DNA from: Planctomycetota bacterium
GTDB lineage: Bacteria; Planctomycetota; Planctomycetia; Planctomycetales; Planctomycetaceae
Direction: 5' to 3'
Assembly (NCBI GenBank): GCA_003669125.1
Contig: QWQF01000151.1
Coordinates: 1-56,275, forward strand
Length of the DNA: 56,275 nt
The position numbers and the translations under genes were made by a program. Positions 8,871 to 19,221 of the stretch are shown one piece after another. The notes beneath the pieces are model-generated. The model searched no databases. It was not told the origin of the DNA and was given only the letters and a program-made list of their open reading frames with translations. Positions within the stretch are counted from its first letter, which is position 1, and each line of letters begins with the position of its first letter.

Positions 8871-9002
8871 CGTTTTTGGCGTGAGCGATCGGCGAACAAT
8901 CGCGTGAAACCTCGCGTTCCCACGTTTCGGGGGCACAGCTAGACTGCGGACGTTTTGCGAATCCATGAATTTTTCGACATCGCGGGTCCGAAGGAGTTTC
9001 CC

Positions 9003-10022
9003 ATGCGTGTTTTTTCTTCCAAGTGGCCTTGGCTGACGGTCGCGGCACTGTCGGCAGGCGTGATCGTCGCTGGCGGCAACTTCACGCTGGCGTGGCAGAA
9101 TCAAAATCCTCGAACGCGAACAAACTCGAGTCTGCAACTCGATGATTCGGACCCAGAAGTGAAAGTCCTTCGTGCTCCCGGCGAAGTCACGTTGCCGAAG
9201 TGCTCGGTCAAGCTGCTCGACAGTGTGATCTTGGCGACTGACCGGCCGGGGTTGATCATGAACGTCGAACCAAAAGAAGGGGATGAAGTCGCAAAGGATC
9301 AAGCGATCGTCTTCCTGAAGGACGATGCACTGGTGGCGATCTATGAAGTCGCCAAAGAAAAGGCGGAGAACGACATCAACAAGCAGTTTGCCGAGGCCTC
9401 CGCGGCAGTGGCTAAGGCTGAACTGGAGAAGATGCTCGAAACCAACCGTAAAGTTCCGGGGGCGATCCCCTCGACCGAAGTCGAGCGTGCTCGACTGAAC
9501 TTCATCAAAGCCCAGTTGCAGGGCAAGCAAGCGGAACATGAGCAGGTGGTCGCAAGACTGGAAACGAAAAAGGCTGCCGCCGAATTGAAATCCTGCAAGA
9601 TCGAAGCCCCGTTCGACGGCAAAGTCCGAAAAGTGCTCAAGCACAAAGGGGAAGCGGTGACGCAAGGCACGCCGATCCTGGAACTCATCAGCACGCGGAT
9701 CGTGAGAGTCGAGGGGTATCTGCCGGTTGAAGACTTGTGGAGCGTGAAACGCGGTGACCCCGTCGAGGTGCAGATCGACTTCCCGGATCGCGAATTGGAG
9801 ATCGAAAAAGAGGTCTTCCAGGGCAAGGTGTACTTCATCGATTCGACGGTCAGCCCGGTGACACATGGAGCTCGCGTTTGGGCCGAGGTCCAGAATCCGG
9901 ACGAAAAGTTGATCGAAGGTTTGTACGCCAAGATGACGATCAAGCACGGCCGACGTGCCGCCGGAACTGCGAAGAAGGTCCCTGCAGCGTCCGGCATCAA
10001 ACAGGCCGGTGCCACGAAATGA
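9003..10022 (+). CDS. HlyD-family periplasmic adaptor (membrane fusion protein)
   Basis: ATG at 9003 preceded by AAGGAG; the track start at 8955 is a TTG. N-terminal TM anchor. Lipoyl-like halves (VEPKEGDEVAKDQAIVFL; IEAPFDGKVRKVLKHKGEAVTQGTPILEL) flank a coiled-coil segment, with a beta-barrel C-terminus. Confidence 0.8.
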   Translation: MRVFSSKWPWLTVAALSAGVIVAGGNFTLAWQNQNPRTRTNSSLQLDDSDPEVKVLRAPGEVTLPKCSVKLLDSVILATDRPGLIMNVEPKEGDEVAKDQAIVFLKDDALVAIYEVAKEKAENDINKQFAEASAAVAKAELEKMLETNRKVPGAIPSTEVERARLNFIKAQLQGKQAEHEQVVARLETKKAAAELKSCKIEAPFDGKVRKVLKHKGEAVTQGTPILELISTRIVRVEGYLPVEDLWSVKRGDPVEVQIDFPDRELEIEKEVFQGKVYFIDSTVSPVTHGARVWAEVQNPDEKLIEGLYAKMTIKHGRRAAGTAKKVPAASGIKQAGATK

Positions 10023-10086
10023 CGAACGGCCGTCTGTCGTCGTTCATCGCTCTCTGCCGCCCCAACTTCCCCGAAGCTGACCGCTC

Positions 10087-12321
10087 ATGTCGATCGCTGG
10101 CAATCCCGCTCAATCATCGCTGACTCCGTCCAATCGACGGCCGATTCCCTTGCAGGTTCGGCCCGACTTGCGGATCGAGCGCATTGAATACCAGGGCGTC
10201 GCCTACTGGGTCGTCAAAGAGCCGGTCGGGTTGAAGTACTACCGCTTGCAGACCGAGCAGTACGAAGTCCTGCACTTGCTGGACGGCAAACGCAGCCTCG
10301 AAGAAGTTCGCGACGAGTTGCTCCGCATCCTGCCGACCGTGCGGTTGCAAATGAGCGACATTCAGCACTTGATCACCGACCTGCACGAGAAGGGTCTCGT
10401 TCACAGCAATCGCATGGGCCAGGGAGCCGCGTTGCTCAAGCAGAAGAAGGACAACTTCCGCAAAAAAGTGTGGCAGACGCTCCGCAGCTTGCTGTACTTG
10501 CGGCTGCCCGGTTGGGATCCGGAACGGACGCTGACATTCCTCGATCCGCTGTTCGGCTGGTTGTTCCGACCGGTGGGTCTGGTTCTGATGACGCTGTTCT
10601 GCGTCGCCTCGTGGGTGATGCTGGGGACACGCTTCAACGACTTCACCGACCAAATCCCTGAGTTTCAGCAATTCTTCGGCTGGCCAAACATGGCCTACCT
10701 GTGGGTCACTCTGGCCTGTTGCAAGATTCTGCATGAGTTCGGTCACGGGCTAAGCTGCAAAGTCTACGGCGGCGAATGCCACGAAATGGGGGTGATGATG
10801 CTCTGCTTCAGCCCCTGCTTGTACTGCGATGTCTCGGACAGTTGGACGCTGAAGAACAAGTGGAAGCGGATCATGATCGGCGCGGCCGGCATGTACATCG
10901 AAGCGATCATCTCCGGCTTCGCCATCTTCTTTTGGGCCTACACCGAAACCGGCCTGATGCACCACCTGTGCTTGAACATCTTCTTCGTGACGTCGATCAC
11001 GACGGTGATCTTCAACGCAAACCCGTTGATGCGGTTCGACGGCTACTACATGCTGGCGGACTTCCTCGAAATCCCGAACATGCGGCCCAAAGCCGACAAG
11101 CTGATGCGCGAGAACTTCGCGTGGTACTGCCTGGGGATCGAAGCCAAGCCGGACCCGTTCATGCCGGAGACCGGCAAGTTCTGGTTCATCGTCTTCGCGG
11201 TCACGGCCAACATCTACCGCATCTTCGTGATGGTGGCGATCCTGACATTTTTCTACACCGTCCTGAAACCGTATGACTTGCAGAGCCTCGGGATCACGAT
11301 GGCCGTGTTCTCGTTCGCCGGCATCATCTACTCGATGTTCCACAACCTTTACCAGATTCTCACTGCTCCAAGGATCGAACCCATGAGCCGTCCCAAAATC
11401 ATCGCGACCTGCACGGTGCTCGTGACTGTTCTCGGCGTGGGATTGTTCGTGCCGATCCCCTGGCACGTCGAGGCGATGTTCATCGTCGAACCGCACGACG
11501 TGCAACACGTTTATTCGACCACGCCCGGTTTCCTGCGCGAGCAATACGTCGCCGAGGGACAGCGTGTCCAAGAAGGCGATCCGCTCTTCGATCTGGAGAA
11601 CCCCGAAAAGGACGACAAGAAGCGCGAGATGATCGTCCAGGGCAACGTGGTCATGGCCGAGATTCGCGTGCATCGCGCCACCGGCTCGATCGCCGAGGAA
11701 GAGATCGCCAAAGAGAAATTGCAGACCGTCAAAGAGCAGCTCGCCGAATACGAGCATCAACTCTCGCAGTTGAAGATCGACGCCCCCTGCAACGGAGTGG
11801 TGATCGCGCCGCCGTCCGCACCGGAACCTAAGTCTGATGAAAGTCGCCTGCAACTGGCTGCTTGGCATGGCACTCCCTTGCTGCCGAGAAACCGCGACAG
11901 TTTTCTCGAAGAACGCGCGCACGTTTGCAGCATCGCACCGGACGATAAATTCCAAGCCACGTTGCTCGTCGATCAAAAGGACCGCAACGACATCGACATC
12001 GGCACGGCCGTCGAGTTGAAATTCGACTCGCTGGCTGCCAGGACCTATGTCGGCAAGGTCGAAAAGATCTCCGACCGCCATCTGGAATTCGTGCCGCAAC
12101 TGCTATCCAACAAACTCGGCGGCGAAGTCCCGACCACAACGGACGAACAAGGCCGCGAACGACTCGTCAGTGCCGCGTACCAAACGACGGTCCTACTCGA
12201 AGAGGACATCCCGCTGCTCCGTTCCGGCATGCGTGGCCGTGCCCGCTTCTCGATCGGCCATCGATCCGCGTGGGACTGGATCTGGCGCTACATCAAAACG
12301 ACGTTCCATTTCCGCCTCTGA
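10087..12321 (+). CDS. Fusion protein: PqqD/RRE-like N-terminal domain, site-2 protease (peptidase M50) membrane domain, and HlyD-like C-terminal domain
   Basis: ATG at 10087. HEFGH at about nt 10732-10746 and NANPLMRFDGY at about 11014-11046 form the complete S2P zinc site, spread over multiple TM helices. The C-terminus carries lipoyl/beta-barrel motifs (IDAPCNGVVIAPP, GMRGRARFSIG). N-terminal residues ~45-107 resemble a PqqD-type winged helix (EVLHLLDGKRSLEEV...LITDLHEKGLV). Confidence 0.8.
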   Translation: MSIAGNPAQSSLTPSNRRPIPLQVRPDLRIERIEYQGVAYWVVKEPVGLKYYRLQTEQYEVLHLLDGKRSLEEVRDELLRILPTVRLQMSDIQHLITDLHEKGLVHSNRMGQGAALLKQKKDNFRKKVWQTLRSLLYLRLPGWDPERTLTFLDPLFGWLFRPVGLVLMTLFCVASWVMLGTRFNDFTDQIPEFQQFFGWPNMAYLWVTLACCKILHEFGHGLSCKVYGGECHEMGVMMLCFSPCLYCDVSDSWTLKNKWKRIMIGAAGMYIEAIISGFAIFFWAYTETGLMHHLCLNIFFVTSITTVIFNANPLMRFDGYYMLADFLEIPNMRPKADKLMRENFAWYCLGIEAKPDPFMPETGKFWFIVFAVTANIYRIFVMVAILTFFYTVLKPYDLQSLGITMAVFSFAGIIYSMFHNLYQILTAPRIEPMSRPKIIATCTVLVTVLGVGLFVPIPWHVEAMFIVEPHDVQHVYSTTPGFLREQYVAEGQRVQEGDPLFDLENPEKDDKKREMIVQGNVVMAEIRVHRATGSIAEEEIAKEKLQTVKEQLAEYEHQLSQLKIDAPCNGVVIAPPSAPEPKSDESRLQLAAWHGTPLLPRNRDSFLEERAHVCSIAPDDKFQATLLVDQKDRNDIDIGTAVELKFDSLAARTYVGKVEKISDRHLEFVPQLLSNKLGGEVPTTTDEQGRERLVSAAYQTTVLLEEDIPLLRSGMRGRARFSIGHRSAWDWIWRYIKTTFHFRL

Positions 12322-12327
12322 TCGCGG

Positions 12328-14181
<1,854 letters not shown>

Positions 14182-14249
14182 GGACCGCTCCTCAAACGTC
14201 GTCGGTGGACAGCGCATTTGGCGTTTGAATCATGCCGTAAGCAGAGGGT

Positions 14250-15161
14250 TCAGCCAAGCAGCCAGACCAACAATCCTTTGGCGAGATGCATGCGGTTCTC
14301 CGCTTGCTGGAAGACGATGCTGCTGGGACCGTCGATGACGTCGTCGGTGACTTCCTTGCCGCGCCGAGCGGGCAGGTCGTGCATGAACAGGCAACCGCTC
14401 GGAGCTTTTGCCATCAATCGCGTGTTGACCTGGTACGGAAAGAAAATGCGATTGCGGCGGTCGGCTTCGGACTCCTGCCCCATACTGGCCCAGACATCGG
14501 TGTAGACGACGTCGGCGTTTGCAACCGCAGTCGCCGGGTCCGTCATTTGAGTGATGTCGCACTTCGGAAACGTCAGACGAATCGCTTGCAGCAAGTCTTC
14601 GTCCAGTTCGAAGTCGCGCGGAGCACACACCGTCATCGACATGCCCAGTATCGACACGATCATCGCCAGCGAGTTCGCCACGTTGTTGCCGTCGCCGACG
14701 AAGACCAGCCGCTTGCCTTTGACGTCACCCCAGACTTCCTGCAGCGTCAGAATGTCGGTCAATGCTTGGCAGGGATGATCGTCGTCGGACAGGCCGTTGA
14801 TGACTGGACATCGCGAATGCGACGCAAAATCCTCGATCAGTTTTTGCGAGAACGTCCGCAGCACGACCGCATCGGAGTAGCCGCTAATGACGCGAGCGAC
14901 ATCGGCCAAGGATTCACGGCCGCTGAGCCCCGCGTCCTGGCCACTCAGAAAATTTCCGGTCCCGCCAAGTTGGGCCATCGCAGCGTCGAAGCTGACTCGC
15001 GTGCGCAGCGACGGCTTCTCGAAGACTTGCGTCAAATAGCGGCCTTGCAGCAGAGCTGGCCGCTCGCCGCGCTTCCAGCCCGCCTTCAGTTCATGCGACT
15101 TCGCCAAGATCGCGTGGACGTCATCCACGGACAAATTCAAGAGTGAGGTGAGGTGTTTCAT
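14250..15161 (-). CDS. argF: Ornithine carbamoyltransferase
   Basis: ATG at 15161. Motifs FEKPSLRTRVSF, HPCQAL and the HDLPA-type segment (FMHDLPARRG), over 303 aa typical of OTCase. It lies 6 nt after argD. Confidence 0.9.
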   Translation of the reverse strand: MKHLTSLLNLSVDDVHAILAKSHELKAGWKRGERPALLQGRYLTQVFEKPSLRTRVSFDAAMAQLGGTGNFLSGQDAGLSGRESLADVARVISGYSDAVVLRTFSQKLIEDFASHSRCPVINGLSDDDHPCQALTDILTLQEVWGDVKGKRLVFVGDGNNVANSLAMIVSILGMSMTVCAPRDFELDEDLLQAIRLTFPKCDITQMTDPATAVANADVVYTDVWASMGQESEADRRNRIFFPYQVNTRLMAKAPSGCLFMHDLPARRGKEVTDDVIDGPSSIVFQQAENRMHLAKGLLVWLLG

Positions 15162-15167
15162 TTTGGA

Positions 15168-16376
15168 TCAAATCGTTTCGTTGGCCATTTCTCGCAGCAC
15201 AGCCGCCAGCACGTCGCAGCCTTCGTCGACTTGTTCCGGCGTGACGTTCAGCGGCGGCAGCAGGCGGACAACGGTGTCGTGAGTGGCGTTGATGAGCAGG
15301 CCGCGTTCCATGCACTTGGCAACGGCCGGTGTGGAAGGAATGCTGAGTTCGAGGCCAATCATCATCCCGCGAATTCGCAGTTGCGAGATGATCGGCAACT
15401 CGGCCTTCAGTTTTTCGAGGTGCGAGCGGAAACGGTCGGACATCGCTTGGCAGTTCGCCAACAAGCCCTCCTCTTCGATGGTTTGAATCGTCGCGATGCC
15501 GGCCGCCATCGCCAACGGGTTGCCGCCAAACGTGCTGGCGTGCATTCCCGGACGCAGATCGGGAGCCAGTTCGTTTTTGCACAAGATCGCGCCGGCCGCG
15601 ACGCCTCCCGCGAGTCCCTTGGCGAGCGAGATGACGTCGGGCTGTACTCCAAACTGTTGGTAGCCGTACCACGTTCCTGTGCGGCCCATGCAGGTCTGCA
15701 CTTCGTCGAAGATCAGCAGGCAGCCATTTTCGTCGGCCAGTCGTCGCAGTCCTTGCAGATAACCTTCCATCGGGAGGTTGATACCTCCCTCGCCTTGCAC
15801 CGGCTCGATCAAAATCGCGCACGTCTCACGATCAAGCAGTTTCGCCACGGCGTCGAGATCGTTGTACGGCGCGTATCGAAATCCCGCCAGCAGCGGGCCA
15901 AGACCTTCGTGGTACTTCGGCTGCGCCGTCGCCGTCACGGTCGCGAACGTCCGACCGTGAAAACTATTCTCGAAGCTGATGACCTTGTACCGCCCATCGC
16001 GCGCATGCAGCCGAGCCAGCTTGATCGCCGCCTCGTTCGCCTCTGCACCGCTGTTGCAGAAGAACGCTTTTCCGAAGCCTCGCGTCGAGAGCATCTCGGC
16101 GAAGTTCCCTTGAGCCTCGGTGTACCAAGTGTTCGGGATGTGAATCAGCTTCGTGACCTGTTCTTGAATCGCGCGGACGACTCGCGGCGGACAGTAGCCG
16201 AGAATGTTGCAGCCCCAGCCGGGAAACAAGTCGAGGTAACGTTTTCCCTCGGCGTCCCAAACGTACGAACCTTCGCCGCGCACCAGACTGATCGGATAGC
16301 GGCGATAGTTCGGGATCACGAACTTCTCGAACTGTTCGATGGTCTGAGCACTACTTCTAGTCGCTGCGGCGTCCAC
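15168..16376 (-). CDS. argD: Acetylornithine aminotransferase (class III PLP aminotransferase)
   Basis: GTG at 16376 preceded by AAGGAG gives a 402-aa product. The longer track ORF (to 16643) would overlap argB. Motifs include [14 protein letters not shown] and [10 protein letters not shown]. Confidence 0.85.
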   Translation of the reverse strand: MDAAATRSSAQTIEQFEKFVIPNYRRYPISLVRGEGSYVWDAEGKRYLDLFPGWGCNILGYCPPRVVRAIQEQVTKLIHIPNTWYTEAQGNFAEMLSTRGFGKAFFCNSGAEANEAAIKLARLHARDGRYKVISFENSFHGRTFATVTATAQPKYHEGLGPLLAGFRYAPYNDLDAVAKLLDRETCAILIEPVQGEGGINLPMEGYLQGLRRLADENGCLLIFDEVQTCMGRTGTWYGYQQFGVQPDVISLAKGLAGGVAAGAILCKNELAPDLRPGMHASTFGGNPLAMAAGIATIQTIEEEGLLANCQAMSDRFRSHLEKLKAELPIISQLRIRGMMIGLELSIPSTPAVAKCMERGLLINATHDTVVRLLPPLNVTPEQVDEGCDVLAAVLREMANETI

Positions 16377-16482
16377 GGGAAACTCCTTCGCATCCAAATT
16401 CCTCCGCGAGAATCTGCAGAGGGAAAACAAAACACTCACCAACGGAAAAAACAAAGGCGGATGGCGAGCACTTCCACCCAAG

Positions 16483-17355
16483 CTACAACACGATCTCCGT
16501 GCCCACGCCCGTGTCGGAATAAATCTCCAACAGCACCGAGTGCGGCATCCGGCCATCGACCACATGGACCTTGCCAACGCCGGATTGGAGCGCTTCCAAC
16601 GCGGCCTCGACCTTCGGCACCATCCCTGCGTCGATGATGCCATCGCGGATCAGTTCGCGACAACGTGCCGCCGTCAGATGCGACTGCAACGTCGCCGGAT
16701 TGTGCCGATCCAAAAAGATCCCCGGCACGTCGCTGACGAAGATCAATTTCTCGGATTTCAAAATCCGAGCGATCGCCGCCGCCGCCGTGTCCGCATTGAC
16801 GTTGAGCATCTGCCCGGACGCATCGACCGCGACCGAAGGAACCACCGGAATGATCCCCGCCGAGCAGACGTCTTCCAGAAAACTGTGGTCGATGTCGATC
16901 ACCTCGCCGACAAAACCCAGATCCACCGGCCCGTCGTTGCTGGGGAACTCTAGCTTCTTTCCGATCAGGCAATTCTGAGTCCGATAGCTCAGCCCGATCG
17001 CGTTGCCGCCTTGCTGGCGAATCTCGTTGACGAGTCCGCCGCAGATATCTCCGGCCAACACGTTCGCGACGATCTCCAACGTCGCGGCGTCGGTGTACCG
17101 CCGACCCTGAATTTTGCGAGGCGTGATGCCCGCCGCCGCCATCGCCTTGTCGATGTCCTTGCCGCCGCCATGCACCAGGATCGGGTGCAGCCCGACCGAT
17201 TGCAGGAAGATCACATCCGTCAACAAACTGCGAACGGCGTCTCGTTCTTCGAGCGCACTGCCTCCCAGTTTGATGACGACATGCTTGCCCCGGAACCGGC
17301 GAATCCAAGCCAGTGCCTCGATCAGCACATTCGCTTTTCGGATCGCTTCGTCCAC
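16483..17355 (-). CDS. argB: Acetylglutamate kinase
   Basis: Motifs [33 protein letters not shown] and NVNADTAA. The start is uncertain. I favour GTG at 17355, which has AGGGG upstream. The track start at 17409 is a TTG with no visible RBS. Confidence 0.8.
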   Translation of the reverse strand: MDEAIRKANVLIEALAWIRRFRGKHVVIKLGGSALEERDAVRSLLTDVIFLQSVGLHPILVHGGGKDIDKAMAAAGITPRKIQGRRYTDAATLEIVANVLAGDICGGLVNEIRQQGGNAIGLSYRTQNCLIGKKLEFPSNDGPVDLGFVGEVIDIDHSFLEDVCSAGIIPVVPSVAVDASGQMLNVNADTAAAAIARILKSEKLIFVSDVPGIFLDRHNPATLQSHLTAARCRELIRDGIIDAGMVPKVEAALEALQSGVGKVHVVDGRMPHSVLLEIYSDTGVGTEIVL

Positions 17356-17462
17356 GGAAAACCCCTGAAATTGGCTGCGGGAAGGCGGGCGATTGTATGA
17401 GGCCCCCAAAGAGTGTCAATCAGCCGCGCCAACGTCGCCGCGACCGGAGACGGCTTCAATTC

Positions 17463-17561
17463 GACCCTTCTCCCTCCGAGTGGAGGTGGCCGAAGGCTGG
17501 ATGAGGGATTCACGAACGATCGAGTCCCTCACCCCGACCCTTGCCAAAAGGGAGAGGGAGA
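17463..17561. repeat. REP-like element, family B, copy 2 (inverted relative to copy 1)
   Basis: gacccttctccct...ggtggccgaaggc...gagggat...ccctcac...caaaagggagagggaga aligns with the reverse complement of 7166-7264. It lies between the HAD-hydrolase gene and argB. Confidence 0.8.
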
Positions 17562-17582
17562 AAAACAGAACACCAACTCCGC

Positions 17583-18263
17583 TCATTCCGACCACAGCGA
17601 CAGGACCGATTCCACATCGGCGAAGTCCGCGAACAGGTGATCCGGAGCAGACGGTCTGAGTTCCTCGATCGAGTACATCCCGGTGGCGACGGCGATAACT
17701 TTCGCCCCGATCGCTCGGCCGCAACGAACGTCGGCGGGAGTATCGCCGATGACCCACAGCTTCTCGTGATTGATGGTTTGCGGGGCATGATGTTCGGAGG
17801 CCACCATCAGCGCCTGCCGAGCGACGTCATCACGGTCGGCGTGATCGTCGCCGAATCCGCCGAACGCAAAGTGCTCGGCCAAACCAAAGTGCCGCAGCTT
17901 CTGCCAAGCGGCCTCGCGATAGTTGCCGGTGAGCAATCCCAATCGCACGTCGTCTCGATCACTCAGCCGCGCGAGCAGTTCGCGTACGCCGGGATAGACG
18001 GTTCCCTGTCGCCGGGCCAATTCTTCCGGCAGCACTTTCAAATACGTCTCCTGCAACCGAGCGTGTGTCGAATCGGATTCTTCCAGCTCGTGAAACCGAA
18101 TCAGGTCGCGACCAATCCCGCGATCGGTTCGTCCCGCCGTCGGAATGCCGTCCGTCGGAGCGGTGACGCCGAATGCGAGTTCCAACGCGCGCTCGATTCC
18201 CGCTTGTCCCGCGCCGCCGGAGTGCAACAACGTTCCGTCGATGTCGAAAAGAATGACGTGCAT
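17583..18263 (-). CDS. HAD-superfamily hydrolase (phosphoglycolate phosphatase-like, subfamily IA)
   Basis: ATG at 18263 (MHVILFDIDGTLL, the DxDGT motif I); the track start at 18272 is a TTG. Motif IV is present (WVIGDTPADV). Confidence 0.8.
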   Translation of the reverse strand: MHVILFDIDGTLLHSGGAGQAGIERALELAFGVTAPTDGIPTAGRTDRGIGRDLIRFHELEESDSTHARLQETYLKVLPEELARRQGTVYPGVRELLARLSDRDDVRLGLLTGNYREAAWQKLRHFGLAEHFAFGGFGDDHADRDDVARQALMVASEHHAPQTINHEKLWVIGDTPADVRCGRAIGAKVIAVATGMYSIEELRPSAPDHLFADFADVESVLSLWSE

Positions 18264-18268
18264 GGTTC

Positions 18269-19216
18269 TCAATTTCGCTTCTGTGATTGGCGGGCCATCA
18301 GGGAGAGTAGCTCAAACACCAGGTTCGCGGCCAAGATGGCGGTGATGTGTTGCGAGTCGAACGGCGGGGCGACTTCGACGAGATCGGCTCCGATGAGATT
18401 GAGGTCGCTCAGCCCGCGCAGCAATTGCAGCATCTGATGACTGGCGAAACCGCCGACTTCCGGAGTGCCCGTGCCAGGTGCGAACGCCGGATCGACGGCG
18501 TCGATGTCGAGCGTGACGTACAGCGGACGCGGACCCATTCGCTGCTGAATTTCAGCGAGCACGTTCCGAATGCCAAGCTCTATGGCTTCGTCAAACGTGA
18601 TGAGCCGAGCACCGAGTTGCTTCGCATCGGCATAGTCCTGCGGGCCAGCGGTCGGGCCACGGATTCCGATCTGCAAATAGGCAGTGGTGTCGATCAAACC
18701 TTCTTCGATGGCGCGGCGAAACGGCGTTCCGTGGCTGTATTTGAACGTCGGATATTCTTCGTCCCAGGTATCGGGATGCGCGTCGAAGTGAACGACGGCC
18801 AGCGGGCCGTGAAGCTTGTGATGTGCTCTCAACAGCGGCAGGCTGATGGAATGATCGCCGCCCAACGAGATCAACCGCGAGCCGGTTTGCAAAATGGTCT
18901 CGGCGGTTTGCTCGATCGCTCGGTGCGTGGCGATGATGTCCACAGGGATGACATCGACGTCTCCGTAATCGACGACGTTGAGCACCTCGAACGGCGCGAC
19001 CTGCTGCGCATTGTTGTAGCCCCACAGCAGCAGCGATTGCTCGCGGATCGCTCGTGGGCCGAAGCGTGCTCCGCTGCGATACGACGTCGAGCTGTCGTAC
19101 GGCACGCCAAGAATCGCGACATCCACACCGGACAGCTCGCGCGTGTGCGGACGTCGGCCGAAGGTGCAAATGCCTTGATACGGCTGAGCGGAAAATGGTG
19201 AACCGGTCGTGGCCAT
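18269..19216 (-). CDS. speB: Agmatinase (ureohydrolase family)
   Basis: ATG at 19216, 5 nt after the speA stop. Mn-binding motifs HFDAHPDT, GGDHSI and LDIDAVDPAFAPGTGTPEVGG. Confidence 0.9.
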   Translation of the reverse strand: MATTGSPFSAQPYQGICTFGRRPHTRELSGVDVAILGVPYDSSTSYRSGARFGPRAIREQSLLLWGYNNAQQVAPFEVLNVVDYGDVDVIPVDIIATHRAIEQTAETILQTGSRLISLGGDHSISLPLLRAHHKLHGPLAVVHFDAHPDTWDEEYPTFKYSHGTPFRRAIEEGLIDTTAYLQIGIRGPTAGPQDYADAKQLGARLITFDEAIELGIRNVLAEIQQRMGPRPLYVTLDIDAVDPAFAPGTGTPEVGGFASHQMLQLLRGLSDLNLIGADLVEVAPPFDSQHITAILAANLVFELLSLMARQSQKRN

Positions 19217-19221
19217 GACGA

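Noticed and set aside
8583-9947. Long antisense ORFs opposite clearly assigned genes. Examples: 8583-9947(-), 10750-12099(-), 15153-16637(+), 23226-25565(+), 27254-28594(+), 29971-31311(+), 32129-33490(+), 37375-38472(-), 53133-54608(-).
   Set aside because: These are shadow frames typical of GC-rich DNA. Their translations are Arg/Asp/His/Gly-rich with no motifs, while the opposite strand encodes recognisable proteins with full-length family signatures.
16377-16482. Weak hairpin plus a T-rich run on the minus strand between argB and argD, considered as an internal terminator.
   Set aside because: The stem is only 6 bp with a wobble pair and an 11-nt loop. It is mentioned under the arg/spe finding but is too weak to annotate as a feature.
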